DNA of 61,256 nt, counting the filler, from Aduncisulcus paluster (Eukaryota): assembly GCA_024181965.1 (NCBI GenBank). It is 6 parts of 6 records of this genome, joined end to end, with 100 filler letters (N's around TTAATTAATTAA, not from the genome) between each part and the next. Parts side by side here need not be neighbours in the genome. Positions count along the whole stretch, not along the records: positions 35,101 to 40,833 come from BQXS01010939.1; positions 40,934 to 46,601 come from BQXS01010940.1; positions 46,702 to 61,256 come from BQXS01010941.1; 3 more parts are not named here. One strand, written 5' to 3'. The notes under the pieces are model-generated. The model had not been told where the DNA came from and ran no database searches. It was given only the letters and a program-made list of their open reading frames with translations. The position numbers and the translations under genes are program-made. Positions 37,831 through 49,700 of this stretch are shown piece by piece. How positions within the stretch are numbered: the first letter of the stretch is position 1; every line of letters starts with the position of its first letter.

Positions 37831-37900
37831 AGAGAAGAATCATCAATTTTTCTTCTGACACCTACATTTCAAATAGAATTTACAGACAAAATTAATTAAA

Positions 37901-38562
37901 ATGTACAAAGTCGTATTTTTAGGGGATTCCTTGGTCGGAAAAACAAGCCTCACGCTTCGTTTTGTACAGGAAGTATTTAGAGATGTTGATACAACAGTTG
38001 GTGCCGCATTTTTTACTAAAACAGTGGTATTAGAAGGTAGCGATAAAGAAGTCAAGTTGGAGATTTGGGATACAGGTATGTAAAGCTGGGTTTTGTATTG
38101 TTTTGACTCTTCTCTGGAATCAATTTTTGTTTTGTTTTTCTCATTATTATTTTGTTTTAATAAGCTGGTCAGGAGAGATATCGTTCCCTCACTCCGATGT
38201 ACTATCGATCTGCAGATTGTGCCATAATTTGCTATGATATTACTTCGCAATCATCATTTTCAAGTGCTCAACAATGGGTACGAGAACTTAGACTTGTCAC
38301 TGAAGATATTATTGTCACTCTCTGTGGAACTAAAGTTGATCTTGAGGAAGATCGAGAAGTTGAGTTTGAAGAATCAAAACGATATGCTGAAGATGAAGGC
38401 TTGATTTTGTTTGAAACTTCGGCTAAAACCGGCGAAAATGTCTATAAACTTTTCCAAGCGATTGCTTTTGAACTTTCGAAGAAAGAATTACCTCCTGCTC
38501 GAGGTTCTCGATCTCCCTTCGATGACGATGATGATGATCCGAAGACCTGCCCTAAATGTTAG
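37901..38562 (+). CDS. Rab GTPase, Rab5-related; exons 37901-38075 and 38165-38562
   Basis: GDSLVGKTS, TTVGAAFFTKTV, WDTA|GQERYRSLTPMYYR, TKVDL, ETSAK and C-terminal cysteines CPKC. Confidence 0.92.
38076..38164 (+). other. Spliceosomal intron (89 nt) in the Rab gene
   Basis: GTATGT...TTTTAATAAG; phase-1 splice restores WDTAGQE. Confidence 0.9.
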
Positions 38563-39079
38563 ATATATCTTCAAATTCATTTTCTTTCTTTTATTTTGTT
38601 ATTTTCTTCGTCGTCAAAGTTGAAATTTGAGGCGGTTTCTTATCATTTTTTATTTTCTGTTTTTGGATTGATTTGTTGTTCATTTTGGATTGCTTGAATA
38701 ATTTTATTATTCAATGCCACTGAAGATTTTGCTTACAATGATCTCTTCAATCATTGTTGAAGTCCCAGATCTTTCTCTCCCTCATCTTGAACTTGAAAAT
38801 CATTTTTTCGTAGCATTTCAAATCTACATCGATTTTTATGTCTCATTTGTCTTTGAATAAAAAACTATACTCATATTGAGTCCTGGACTTTGTTGACTCT
38901 AAGTCTCGGAGATTGCCGTCTAATTATTTAGGTGAAAAGAGTGGATACAATGTAAAGACTTCCATCAAACAATAGTAATATCTTTTTTAACACCAGTAAA
39001 TCCCTTTAAATATTCTCCATTCACAGAATTAAGATGATAGAAAAAAAGTACATTCATTGCTTGTTTTGACTGAAATGGA

Positions 39080-39400
39080 TGACTTATGACAAGGAAAAAA
39101 AACTTGGCCTTCGAAATGCGTCGTTCTGGAGATTCTTATTGAAAGATTGCGTCTAAGCTGAAGGTTTCGGTCCATGCTCAGCATAGACAGGCTGTCTATT
39201 CAAGGTGTAATTCAAAGAAAAATGCAAAGAATTTATTTGTTAGAACAGTTCAAACCTATCTAACAGCTTCTCAAGCCGTTATCCCAAAGAATTAGGGGTT
39301 ATAAGGTGCCATCAGTTACTGATGATCATAAGATGAGACGTCGATTTGAATATATTCAAAGAACACCTTCTCGTACCAGAAGATCACTCGATTGGCGGCA
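39080..39400 (+). mobile_element. Possible Tc1/IS630-like transposase N-terminal relic
   Basis: HTH-like LAFEMRRSGDSY*KIASKLKVS, then VRTVQTYL and KVPSVTDDHKMRR; heavily disrupted. Confidence 0.35.
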
Positions 39401-40055
39401 ATCTCCGCATATTCTGTCGGTTCGGTCCCTCTCGGGAGCTACAGCTCATAACACTGTTTCCCACAACGACGTTGTGTGACAACGTCATCTACATATGATA
39501 TGTAACCATATATATCTTGTAAAACAGCTGGACAGGGTGAATTTTCTCGGCATAATTCAATATCTTCTTACCATTTTTGCTCGAGCAGCGCATATCTTAT
39601 GGTTTCCCATGGAAATAAGGACTCCTTATTAAGGAGTGAAGAAAGTATCGGCCTTTTGTACCTGGAACGTCTAATACATCGTTATCTGCATAGGGAATTA
39701 AGGAAGAGGGTAACTTTTCAGGAGTTAAACTTTTCAATTTCTTGATCATCTATGAATAAAACGTGGACTTTGACAGAAAATTGTTATGTTCAAAGATTTA
39801 TAAATATTTTCGAATTTTATTAACTTTTTTAAGTTCAGAATAGTGTTTCCTGATGTATTTTTCATTTTTAGTTCTGAAAATTTCACTAAATTACATATTG
39901 GGAATGATTTCATCTGGATCATAATATTAAATATATTATATTAAATATAAGCCTTTATTTAAAATAACGATTTAATATGTTATTTTTTCAGGATAATCTG
40001 ACACACGATCTTCCAAAAAATCGTACTATTTTAAGGAATATTACGGAAACAGAAA

Positions 40056-40833
40056 TTAGAAACTCTTGTTTTTCACACTTCTTTTCTTCCCCTTTATCTT
40101 ATCTTCCTTCCGCTTCATCTTTTCCTTCTTGCTCATCTTATCAGCCCTGTTAACTGCTGCTCTTTGAGACTCCATGAAAGACTGTACCTCTCTTTGAACT
40201 CCCTGCCGCTTCATCCTCTCCTTTTCTTTCCTTTTGACTTGAGATTGTCTGTACATTTCCCCTTCTGCTCGCATTGCTTGAAGTTCACGTTTAGTTGCAC
40301 GGGCATCTTTTCTCTTTTGGATCCTTTTCTGTGCCAACTCCAATGAAGGAGCATTCACTGCGCCTGGTTTATAGTCAGCACTCCATACAGGGTCCACCTG
40401 AACGGTTGAGGGCACCAAGGTGGGCAAAAGAGAGAGCGGTTTACGTTTTTCAAAAGAGTTAGCTTTGGAAGCTTCAAGAATATCCATGAATTGTTTGAAT
40501 GAGGAAGAAATGGCCCCAAAAGTGGATGACAAGGAATAGTTGGTTGAAGGATCTTTCATACGCGATGATGATACAACGTCTTCCCACTCCAACATTCTCT
40601 TTTCGACGAGTGTTTGAATGCACAATGTCTTCTTGATTATAATATCAATCATGTCGGGAAAAGCATCAACAATCGACTCATCTGATCCCCATATGTCACA
40701 CACAAGGATACATACTTTCATCAAGGCTGAGAGAACAGAGAGAGGCAGAGAAGGACAAGGGACAGTGGACACGGAGAGAGAAGAGAGAGGAAGAGAGAGA
40801 TGGGTGGGTGTTGAACCGACTTGAACATTGATG
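40056..40833 (-). CDS. Nop14-like nucleolar protein C-terminus; 5'-partial
   Basis: RKPLSL...P....DP...DYKP followed by a basic coiled coil (KRELQ...FMESQ) resembling the Nop14 tail. Confidence 0.45.
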
Positions 40834-40933
40834 NNNNNNNNNNNNNNNNNNNNNNNNNNNNNNNNNNNNNNNNNNNNTTAATTAATTAANNNNNNNNNNN
40901 NNNNNNNNNNNNNNNNNNNNNNNNNNNNNNNNN
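40834..40933. other. Artificial scaffold linker
   Basis: N-TTAATTAATTAA-N. Confidence 0.97.
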
Positions 40934-40999
40934 AGTGGAAAGAGAACTGATATCGATCGTGCTTCTGCTCAATCTGCGAGGGATTCTTCTGAGTCGATA

Positions 41000-43177
41000 A
41001 TGTCACAAGAGCCACTTACATCTAAAGATAAAGAAGCTATTGTTGATCCTCTGGTGATTTTGAGAGAACAAGAGATAAGAAGGAGAAGGCAGGAGAAAAA
41101 GGATAAACAGTTGTTGGAAATGTCAAGAAAACAAGCCAAGCAACATCATCATCAACCTGGACAGCTTAAATTGGACTCTTCCTCCTCTTCTCTACCTCCT
41201 CTTCATCCAGCTGCTCTCTCATCCTTCATGACTGAGGATGACGAAGATTCTCAAGATCTGAGTTCAAGCAGTGTCGATTCTATTTTTAGCGCATATTCAT
41301 CAGAGACGGAGAGCACTCCCACTGGCAGTTCTTCTTCTCGTGATACTGGTGATACATCGACCTCAGATGAACCAGAAGAATCCCCTCTTTCCTCACTCTC
41401 TTCAAGTTCAATTCTTCCACCTCTCATAGCCAAATATAAAGATCATATCTATAACCAACTCGGCCGTGTTAAGTGGTATATTCGGGTCTTGAGGGTTATT
41501 TATGAAGCCCAAGATTCTATCTGTCTCTCATCTCCCGATATCACCCACAAACAAATATCCACGGCTGCAGCCGTAATTGGAATAATGAGCGCCGGTATGG
41601 CCATCGGAGGTATTGAAACTGGAGTCACAGCCGAAAGTGTGACCATCTCCGAAGCCCAAAGATCTGGTGGTGCTGCTCTCGCTGCCATGCCGTACAGAAG
41701 TCAGGCCATCTCAATGTTCTCGCATACATCCACATCAGTAGGAGCAGATGCACCATCTGCACTGGCACCCATCACAGGTATTCATTCCCTTCTTGCCCAT
41801 GAACGGGGAACAAATGTCGCTGCAAGGAGCAAGAGTAATGAGCTCATCGGACTTGATGTTTGTTCATTGTGCTATGGCATTAACGTGGAAAAGTTCAAGA
41901 ATTTGATTGTCACGGATCATTCTTCACAGAAACTATCATTTGAATACGATTTTGCCGCTTCTGTTCCAACCCCTCCTCAAAGTATGCTGCCACCAATTGC
42001 CGGAGATACATCATTGCCATCTATTCTTTGGGTGAGTCCAATTCGAGAGAGATGGTCATGTTCTGCAACTTTCAAGGAAATACGAGGCGACAGATCGTCC
42101 CAAAGCCGTCCGGAACATTCATACAGTAGCGAAGACGAGTTCGATTTTAAATTAGCTGCCCAAACTTTACCATTATCCTCGCATGAGAGTATGGGAGCTG
42201 GATCAGGTGGTGGTTTATTCTCTTCTTCTGTTTCTCGTCGGCGATCTGGAAGTAACATGGCTGGTACTGCTGATGAAAGGCATCCAAGGAGACGTTCAAG
42301 TGTATCTTCATCTTCTTCTCTCTCTGGATCTTCTGTGAGTGGAAGTACAGGTTCTCTCTCAATCCCTGGGTCGAACTTGGGGCTTTTCAAGGCAATGGGG
42401 GTTGAAGATCCGTTTTCTACCGCTGTTCAACCGTCTAAAGCTGCTTTAACAGTAACTCAGTACCGAAAAATTGAAAGGAAGCTTCGTTCTCGTCCAATGG
42501 AACTATTCAAGAAGAAAATGCACCAATTTTTGGGTTATCGTGAAGGTCATACATTCATTGCTGGCGAAGTTACGACCATTGTTCCCCGTAGATGGCGTTT
42601 AACGATTCATTCCCATCTGAAAAAACATGGAGAGCGTCTTGTTAAGCTTTATAGTGCACTCAAGGGCTATGATGTTCAAGCTGTGTTCCCACCAATGCGA
42701 TTCCTTGAGAACACAAGAGCTCAAGTAATATTCGTTTGTCCGCCCGAAGTGACCCATGAGATTGGAGAAGTGAGGGAATTCTGTTGGGATGAATTGGTTA
42801 GACATCCATACAGAGCACCAATCCTTTCCCTTTTGATGAGTTTGGATGCTGTGTATCCCGTTTCTTGTCCACGAGTCTCCCTTGTTGTCGTCTTCGAGAG
42901 TGACGCCGTGGCTGGTGGAAGGGATGTGACATATCGTGTTGTGACTCATACCGGATATACTGTTACTGTTCTGATTAGAATGCCGGAATTGGAAATACAG
43001 GGTATCCGAACGTCTCTTCGATCTGGTGAAACATGTGTGGGGAAAGGCTTGAAAGTTCGTGTGCTTGACATGTTGCCTGACTATGGAGTTTTGCAAGAAG
43101 ATATATTGATTGTGGAGAAAATTGTTGAGGAGTCTGGAATGATATTTATTCATTCGAGGACCGAAAAGGCTGCCTAG
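41000..43177 (+). CDS. Hypothetical Ser-rich protein, probably 5'-partial
   Basis: 725-codon ORF that begins close to the scaffold edge. Confidence 0.7.
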   Translation: MSQEPLTSKDKEAIVDPLVILREQEIRRRRQEKKDKQLLEMSRKQAKQHHHQPGQLKLDSSSSSLPPLHPAALSSFMTEDDEDSQDLSSSSVDSIFSAYSSETESTPTGSSSSRDTGDTSTSDEPEESPLSSLSSSSILPPLIAKYKDHIYNQLGRVKWYIRVLRVIYEAQDSICLSSPDITHKQISTAAAVIGIMSAGMAIGGIETGVTAESVTISEAQRSGGAALAAMPYRSQAISMFSHTSTSVGADAPSALAPITGIHSLLAHERGTNVAARSKSNELIGLDVCSLCYGINVEKFKNLIVTDHSSQKLSFEYDFAASVPTPPQSMLPPIAGDTSLPSILWVSPIRERWSCSATFKEIRGDRSSQSRPEHSYSSEDEFDFKLAAQTLPLSSHESMGAGSGGGLFSSSVSRRRSGSNMAGTADERHPRRRSSVSSSSSLSGSSVSGSTGSLSIPGSNLGLFKAMGVEDPFSTAVQPSKAALTVTQYRKIERKLRSRPMELFKKKMHQFLGYREGHTFIAGEVTTIVPRRWRLTIHSHLKKHGERLVKLYSALKGYDVQAVFPPMRFLENTRAQVIFVCPPEVTHEIGEVREFCWDELVRHPYRAPILSLLMSLDAVYPVSCPRVSLVVVFESDAVAGGRDVTYRVVTHTGYTVTVLIRMPELEIQGIRTSLRSGETCVGKGLKVRVLDMLPDYGVLQEDILIVEKIVEESGMIFIHSRTEKAA

Positions 43178-43185
43178 AATAAGAG

Positions 43186-45939
43186 CTAAAAAAGTCCAAT
43201 GAGATAATATATCTTTTCTTTTGTTCTTTTATCTATTCCTGGATGATCTTTGTCTCCCCTTTCCAGTACGTTTTCGGCATATTTCCGACAAGATCCTTTC
43301 CCCTTCTCTTGATCTATTGCTTGCCAATCACATACCATCTCAATGATATCGTAATCTGTCATGTTAGTAAATCGACCATCATACTTTTCAACGTGATGAG
43401 TATTACTAGCAAGGTGATGTTTAATAGCTCTACCGACAATATCTTTGATAAATTTGTTAGGATATTCGTAATCTTGACATCCAAAATTCTCTCTCATTCG
43501 ATAGAAATGTGTTAGCCAGATATATGGGATTCTTTCTTCATCTTCGAACTTTGATTGATCGTGGTGTTCAATTTGAGCCATAAGAATTGGGAATTGGTCT
43601 GGGGAAATGTTAATAGGGCTTGATGAAGACTGATCCTCATCATTTTCGAACTCTTTATCAGATTCTTTTCTTTTGACAGCTGTATCAAGGGAAAAACAAG
43701 AGATGATACGTTTACAATTATCAATAACCCTTTCGATATGTTTCTTTGTTCTTGTAATGAAATACTCTTCCATGTCCTGTGAATAGTCAAATATTGATAT
43801 TTCTTCCCTATTTTGGAAACAGGTGTTTGTATAAAAATGGGGAAGAGGACAATGCAAGTAACCTAACAAATTGAAATATTCATTTTGAGGGGAGAATAGC
43901 CAATGAGACATTTCATATTCATGGAGAAGAAGTTTTGCTGTGTGAAAAAGAGTTCGTGACACTGGGAAATTCATCAAGAATGCAGGAAATCTCTTCGATG
44001 GGAAATGTGAACAAGATAATCTTTCGGCTATATAATATCCATCAGAACTTAAAATTTTATCTTTTATAATGAAATGTCGTTTCCAAAGATATTCATTCAA
44101 ACAAACAAATTCATTCCGATAGATCATTTTCAGAATTGATAGGTGTGAAAGGTTTTGAAAGAGATCATGAAAATCAATATCCTTTCCTTGATCATGGAGA
44201 TCTTTATGTTGAAAAAATGAATGCTGAACAAAATATCCAATAGAAAAAAGAGTCTCAAGAGAAAATTCTGAGCCAAACATAAGGCTATTAATAAAAGGAA
44301 CAAAAACACTAACTTTCCCATCACACAGATGATTAGCCTTCTCTTTCAAATGAATATCATCATCACAAGAAAGATCGTCAGAAGAGAATCTAATAAGGGA
44401 TTCTTTGGACCTTCCATCAATTGAGAATCTTTTTTTACCAGGTTTGGTTTGCGGGCAAGGAGATTGTTGGTGGTTAGAACTCAATAAAATTCCCTTTAAA
44501 GGTGATACTGTTGTCAACTCTAAACATTTCTTTTTAATCTCTGCCATAATAAGCCGACTTCCAACAACCTCATGACTTGAATCCAGAAACTTCTTAACCT
44601 CTGCCAAACTAGATAGAGCTTGAACTTCCTTCAGTCTATCACTTATGTTTATAATAAATGAAAATTGAGGATCACGGCCTCGAATGCATATTTGGTAGAG
44701 TTTATACCGATGATCGCACCCATCGGATGTTGATTCAGAAGAAGATTTCGAAGTTTCGTAGTAATCATCATCTCTGCGATCTCTGCAACTCAATGAATAT
44801 GTGGATTCATCTAGGTCAGCATTGGAATCCTCAAGGCAGTATATTTCATTTCTTATCGTGAACACTTTACAGAATTGCACATCAATTGGGAAATCCCACT
44901 CTTCACTCGCCTGAAACATATTCTTAAATAATCCGATGTAAGTTGATGTTGAACAGTTGTACACCCGAAACTCTGCAGGTGCACGCACTGTGAGTTGGAA
45001 AGAGAATATCCCACATTGGGGAAAATACTCGACAGGAGGTGGGAGATAATGTTGGATGGACTCACTGGGATCACCGTTGCATTGATGGCATATTGAACAT
45101 AGTAGTAAACCCCGATCCTGTAATATAGAAGAAATGGATCGAATTTCTCGATATCCATCCAAATTATAGTCAAAAAACCTACCACACGAAGAAAAATGTG
45201 GCGAGTCAGAATTTTCAATCTTAAATGGAAGAATATACGGATTAAGTGGATTTTTGATATCTATGAGTACAATTACTGTGTCGTGAAGTCCGCGATATGT
45301 AAAAGCAATAAGAGGAAGGTGTGGATGCACATCCAACCGATCCCCAGAGCAGCCAAGGGTTAATCCCCAAATATGATTTCCAAAAATATCAAAAAGGCAT
45401 ATCGTTTCGCCAAAACTGTTCGGTGAACATGAGATAATCCAACAAGGAATTGTACAATTTTCACAAAACACAGCAGAAAAAATGATTGCTTCCATTTCGA
45501 AAACCATCGGAGATGATGAAGCAGGATGAAATATTATGGTTGTGAGATCAATATCATTGCCTTCAATAAGATCCCTACGAGGATATTCAGTGTAAAGCAT
45601 ATGAGTCGATGAGTGTGCACAATAAACTTGTGAAATTGGTTTCAAACTTTCATATCTACATTCTAAAGTTTGTTTACGCAAATTAAAACATAAAATCTTG
45701 GCCTTATTCCCACAATCTTCATATAATATGAGCAAATCATTATTGTGTTGATCTGATGAAATAGAAATCCTAAGAGGGCAGCTAAATTGGTAAAATCGAT
45801 CCATATTAGAATTATATAGAGAAATAATAGAATTTAGACCGAAAACCTTCTGGAAGACGAGATGGGGACAACTTTCTGGATGAATAGCTATTGCATCTTC
45901 ATTTGATAAAATAAACTTCAAAAATATATATCCATTCAT
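43186..45939 (-). CDS. Protein with a beta-rich N-terminus and a C-terminal DUF5662-like (HD-type metal-binding) domain
   Basis: TKKHIERV...EHHDQSKF..EE...AIKHHLASNTHHVE.Y...MTDYDIIEMVCDWQA. Confidence 0.75.
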   Translation of the reverse strand: MNGYIFLKFILSNEDAIAIHPESCPHLVFQKVFGLNSIISLYNSNMDRFYQFSCPLRISISSDQHNNDLLILYEDCGNKAKILCFNLRKQTLECRYESLKPISQVYCAHSSTHMLYTEYPRRDLIEGNDIDLTTIIFHPASSSPMVFEMEAIIFSAVFCENCTIPCWIISCSPNSFGETICLFDIFGNHIWGLTLGCSGDRLDVHPHLPLIAFTYRGLHDTVIVLIDIKNPLNPYILPFKIENSDSPHFSSCGRFFDYNLDGYREIRSISSILQDRGLLLCSICHQCNGDPSESIQHYLPPPVEYFPQCGIFSFQLTVRAPAEFRVYNCSTSTYIGLFKNMFQASEEWDFPIDVQFCKVFTIRNEIYCLEDSNADLDESTYSLSCRDRRDDDYYETSKSSSESTSDGCDHRYKLYQICIRGRDPQFSFIINISDRLKEVQALSSLAEVKKFLDSSHEVVGSRLIMAEIKKKCLELTTVSPLKGILLSSNHQQSPCPQTKPGKKRFSIDGRSKESLIRFSSDDLSCDDDIHLKEKANHLCDGKVSVFVPFINSLMFGSEFSLETLFSIGYFVQHSFFQHKDLHDQGKDIDFHDLFQNLSHLSILKMIYRNEFVCLNEYLWKRHFIIKDKILSSDGYYIAERLSCSHFPSKRFPAFLMNFPVSRTLFHTAKLLLHEYEMSHWLFSPQNEYFNLLGYLHCPLPHFYTNTCFQNREEISIFDYSQDMEEYFITRTKKHIERVIDNCKRIISCFSLDTAVKRKESDKEFENDEDQSSSSPINISPDQFPILMAQIEHHDQSKFEDEERIPYIWLTHFYRMRENFGCQDYEYPNKFIKDIVGRAIKHHLASNTHHVEKYDGRFTNMTDYDIIEMVCDWQAIDQEKGKGSCRKYAENVLERGDKDHPGIDKRTKEKIYYLIGLF

Positions 45940-46222
45940 GATAATTCCTTAAATGTATATGTTTTACAGTATTTAAAATATGAGAGTAAATTCAGGTTCC
46001 AAGAAAAGAGTCTTTTTATGCTTGAAGCATTCCAAGTTGGAATGTTGTTCTCGATATTGATGTGTTCATGTCTGATTCCTAAGATGGGCTGATAATGTAT
46101 CGTATTGTTTTGTTTTACTCGAAGCAGGCTGATGTTCAACAATCAACTTCAGCTTGAAATGAACTCTTCTCTCAATTGTTCCATTAAGAATAAAATCTTA
46201 CATCAGAACCTTTCCACATCAC

Positions 46223-46601
46223 TCACTGACTCTGATCCCAACCTTCCTCATGCTCAACACCAGCAACACCACATCTCATTCCTTCAATGGTTCCAACAGA
46301 GCCACCATACTTCTTGCGTTGCTCACGGATAATGGCTTCAATGCTTGGACAGTCATAGTCTTCGCCAATCGTGGGAAGGAAAAGTTTGATGCATTGGACT
46401 TTCACACGAGCTTCATGCACACTCATGCGTTTCTTACAGTCAAGCAGAGTGAGACCTGTGAATACTTCATCAAATATTTTATGAACAGGTGCGTACTTGC
46501 CATCCTCAATGGTCAAGAGAGAGTCAAAGAGGGGAGAACTGGAGATCTTGGGAGTCATACCAGCCTTCATCAGCTGAGAGAGTTTTGCCATGAATTGAAT
46601 G
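46223..46601 (-). CDS. C-terminal lobe of a kinase from the same family as 1-6158; 5'-partial
   Basis: TPKISSSPLFDSLLTIEDGKY.PVH....EVF.GLT.....KRMSVHEARVKVQ.IK closely matches the kinase tail at ~5830-6030. Confidence 0.85.
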
Positions 46602-46701
46602 NNNNNNNNNNNNNNNNNNNNNNNNNNNNNNNNNNNNNNNNNNNNTTAATTAATTAANNNNNNNNNNNNNNNNNNNNNNNNNNNNNNNNNNNNNNNNNNN
46701 N
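46602..46701. other. Artificial scaffold linker
   Basis: N-TTAATTAATTAA-N. Confidence 0.97.
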
Positions 46702-49700
46702 CGATGAATCTATCTTCTCGGATTCGTTGACATATCTTGATATCAGCTCCACATCCATTTCATCGTTCCAATGTATTCCGACTCAGATAGAACATCTTTT
46801 TATGAACAATTGCTCTAATATTCAAAGTTTCAATGATCTGTCGAGATTGACTTCTCTTACTCGGATGGAATTGAGTTCTTCAAATATTTCCAGTTATTCA
46901 TTAACATATTTTTCGTCATTAATGAATCTGATGGAATTAGATCTCTCATATAACAATATCTCCGATATTTCTCCCTTGTATGCTATCACAAGCAACAACT
47001 GGAGTGGTCTTGATTTGTCCAATAATCATATTTGTGGTGATGCTGAATCTTTGCTATATGATATGATTATTTCTGATGTTATTATTGATGTTTCTAACCA
47101 AAGTTGTGTGTGTTCCTCTGATGACCTCGGAACGACTCCACTTGCTTCCAACAAGGTCTGTAGTGAAACGAAGCCTGGGTCTAACACATGGTATGTTGTG
47201 TGTGCCAGTGATTCATACACGTCATACACATCTGCTGAGGATTTTTCATGTACTTCCCCAGATAATGGTGATGGGACATATGGATGTTCTGGCGGGTGTG
47301 AGTATGGATATGAGTGCAGATATGATTCAGATTTATATTCAACTTCATGTCAGCAAGTGATCGTCGATGAGAACTTGCATGATTGTGTTGCTGATATGTT
47401 TGGCACAGATTCTAATGGAAATGATGATTATTCCCATCGAACAAACTCAACTCCACCACTTTTCAGTGTGGCCTCCTTGAAGACTCTTGTGACCGTTGAG
47501 AATATTGTAACTGGTGAGTTTTCTCCCATTCTCTCATGCTCTGACAGTTTGGTGTCTGATTTATCTGGTGTTGAACATCTTGGTGATATTACTGAAATCG
47601 ATTTGAGTAATAATACCTCACTCTCGGATCTCTCACAAATGTCAACTTTGACGCATCTTGAGAAACTTAATCTGAACAATGTTTCTCAAAACTCAGTGAT
47701 CGATTCTTTGATGTATGATCTTCTTCCAAGCCTGCAGCAATCCCTCGTGTATCTTGATGTGTCCACGGTCGTTCAGAATGATTATGCTGGCATTTACATT
47801 GATCCTTTCTTCTCTGTTGAGACAATAGAATATTTATATATTGCTGGATGGACTGGTCTTACCTCCATCGTTCCTAGTGGTAATTCACTGCCATTACTTC
47901 TCACAACCCTTGATCTCTCATATACTGGAATATTCGATATTTCTTATCTGGTATCAGCTTCCGATCCACCTCCTCTGGTTGATTTGCGACTCGAAGGATG
48001 TGATCTATCCGGATTGTCCGTCCCAACAAGTAGTGATTCTGGGGTATTTGCAATGTTTGCTGGCTCTCTCAAATATTTGAATGTTAGTTATACCTCACTT
48101 CCAACCGCTTCATTTGTTGCCGAAGATTCTTTGATGGTTGAGCTATATGCTGATGGAAATGGTTGGACTGATATGTATGAACTCAAGAACATGACATCGC
48201 TTGAAAGGTTGAGTTTGAGGGATAATTTGATCACAGATCCTTCCCCTTTATACAATATTTCTCCTTCTTTGACATATCTTGATTTATCCTATAATCCTAT
48301 TTGTGGATCTAACATTCAAAATAACCTTCAATCTAAAATTTTGGGTATCTATGAATATGAATTTGAAACTGAATATGAAATTGAAGTCATTTTTACACCC
48401 TATATAGATGGATTTACTTGTCCATGTGGAGAGGATTTCCAAGATATTGAGGCATTAGAAATTAACAAAGTCTGTAGTGAAACTGCAAATGGGTCTGGAA
48501 ATTGGAACATTGTTTGTGCAAGTGATTCTTTCACAAAGTACTTTAATTCTGAAACATTTACATGCTCTCAGACTGCTCTTCCTTCTGAAAGTAATCTTTT
48601 CTCCTCTTGTGTGGGTGGCTGTGTGTATGGAGAAGCTTGTCGAACCCTTGATTATTCTTCTTCTTCCCTCTATAACATAGGTTCGTGTTATTCTGTAATT
48701 GTTGATAGCTATCTTCATTCCTGTGTTGCTGATCTTTTCCCAACTGATTCAGCCGATATTATCATTGAAAACTCGACAAATGCTGAAGGAGATCTTGTTG
48801 AAACCATATTATACGGTGTGAGTTCCTTGAAAACTCTTGTAACTAATGGTATATATGATGAATCTTCCGGAAATATTGAATATTCGCCAATATTGACTTG
48901 TTCCGGACTTGGAATTATTTCCATTGATGGTGTTGAACATTTGACTGGTATTTCACAAATCGATCTGAGTTCGAATGTTATTACCGATGTTTCCCTTCTC
49001 AAATCGATGAATAACATTGAAATCCTTGATATTTCTGATAATATTGATATAGATTCACTTCCTCCTCTTTACTTTTTGTCTGCTTTATCATATTTAGACT
49101 TTAGTTCCACAAATGTCTCCCTTCCTTCAGATGTGGAAGCCTTTGACTATTTCCCAGCTTCTATCGAAATATTGATTGCAAACAATTCAAATGTGACCTC
49201 TGAAGGATTTTCCAAGTATATAGCAGGATATTTATCGTCATTAGTGGAGCTGTATTTAGCTGATACATCGGTCTCTGATATTTCTTCCCTTAGCTATTTA
49301 CAACGGACTCAGATAACTCACTTGTCGTTGGGTGGCAATGGTAGTATCGTTGGTATTGATGGAATCATTCCGATGATGTCAGTTTTGGAGTATCTTGATC
49401 TACGAGCCTGTGAATTATCAGAATTACCCGATCTTACTGCCAGTAGCCAGACACTTGATTATCTTGATATTAGTGATAATGGTAATATGTACTTTGTTCA
49501 TAGTATTTATTCACAGGAACTGAATAACATTTCTACTTTGAACGTCTCCGGGTGTTCATTATCAGATGTATCACCTTTGTTCTATCTTCCAAAGCTTACG
49601 AATGTTGATATTTCCTCAAATTGGATATGTTCAGGAATTGAAGAATCATTTGACAACTTAATGGAAAAATTCCATAATTGTTCTCTTTCTGAATTTGTAT

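Noticed and set aside
13938-46701. Five recurring TTAATTAATTAA palindromes inside N runs
   Set aside because: These are artificial six-frame-stop linkers. Genes on either side are not neighbours, so no cross-linker cluster can be inferred.
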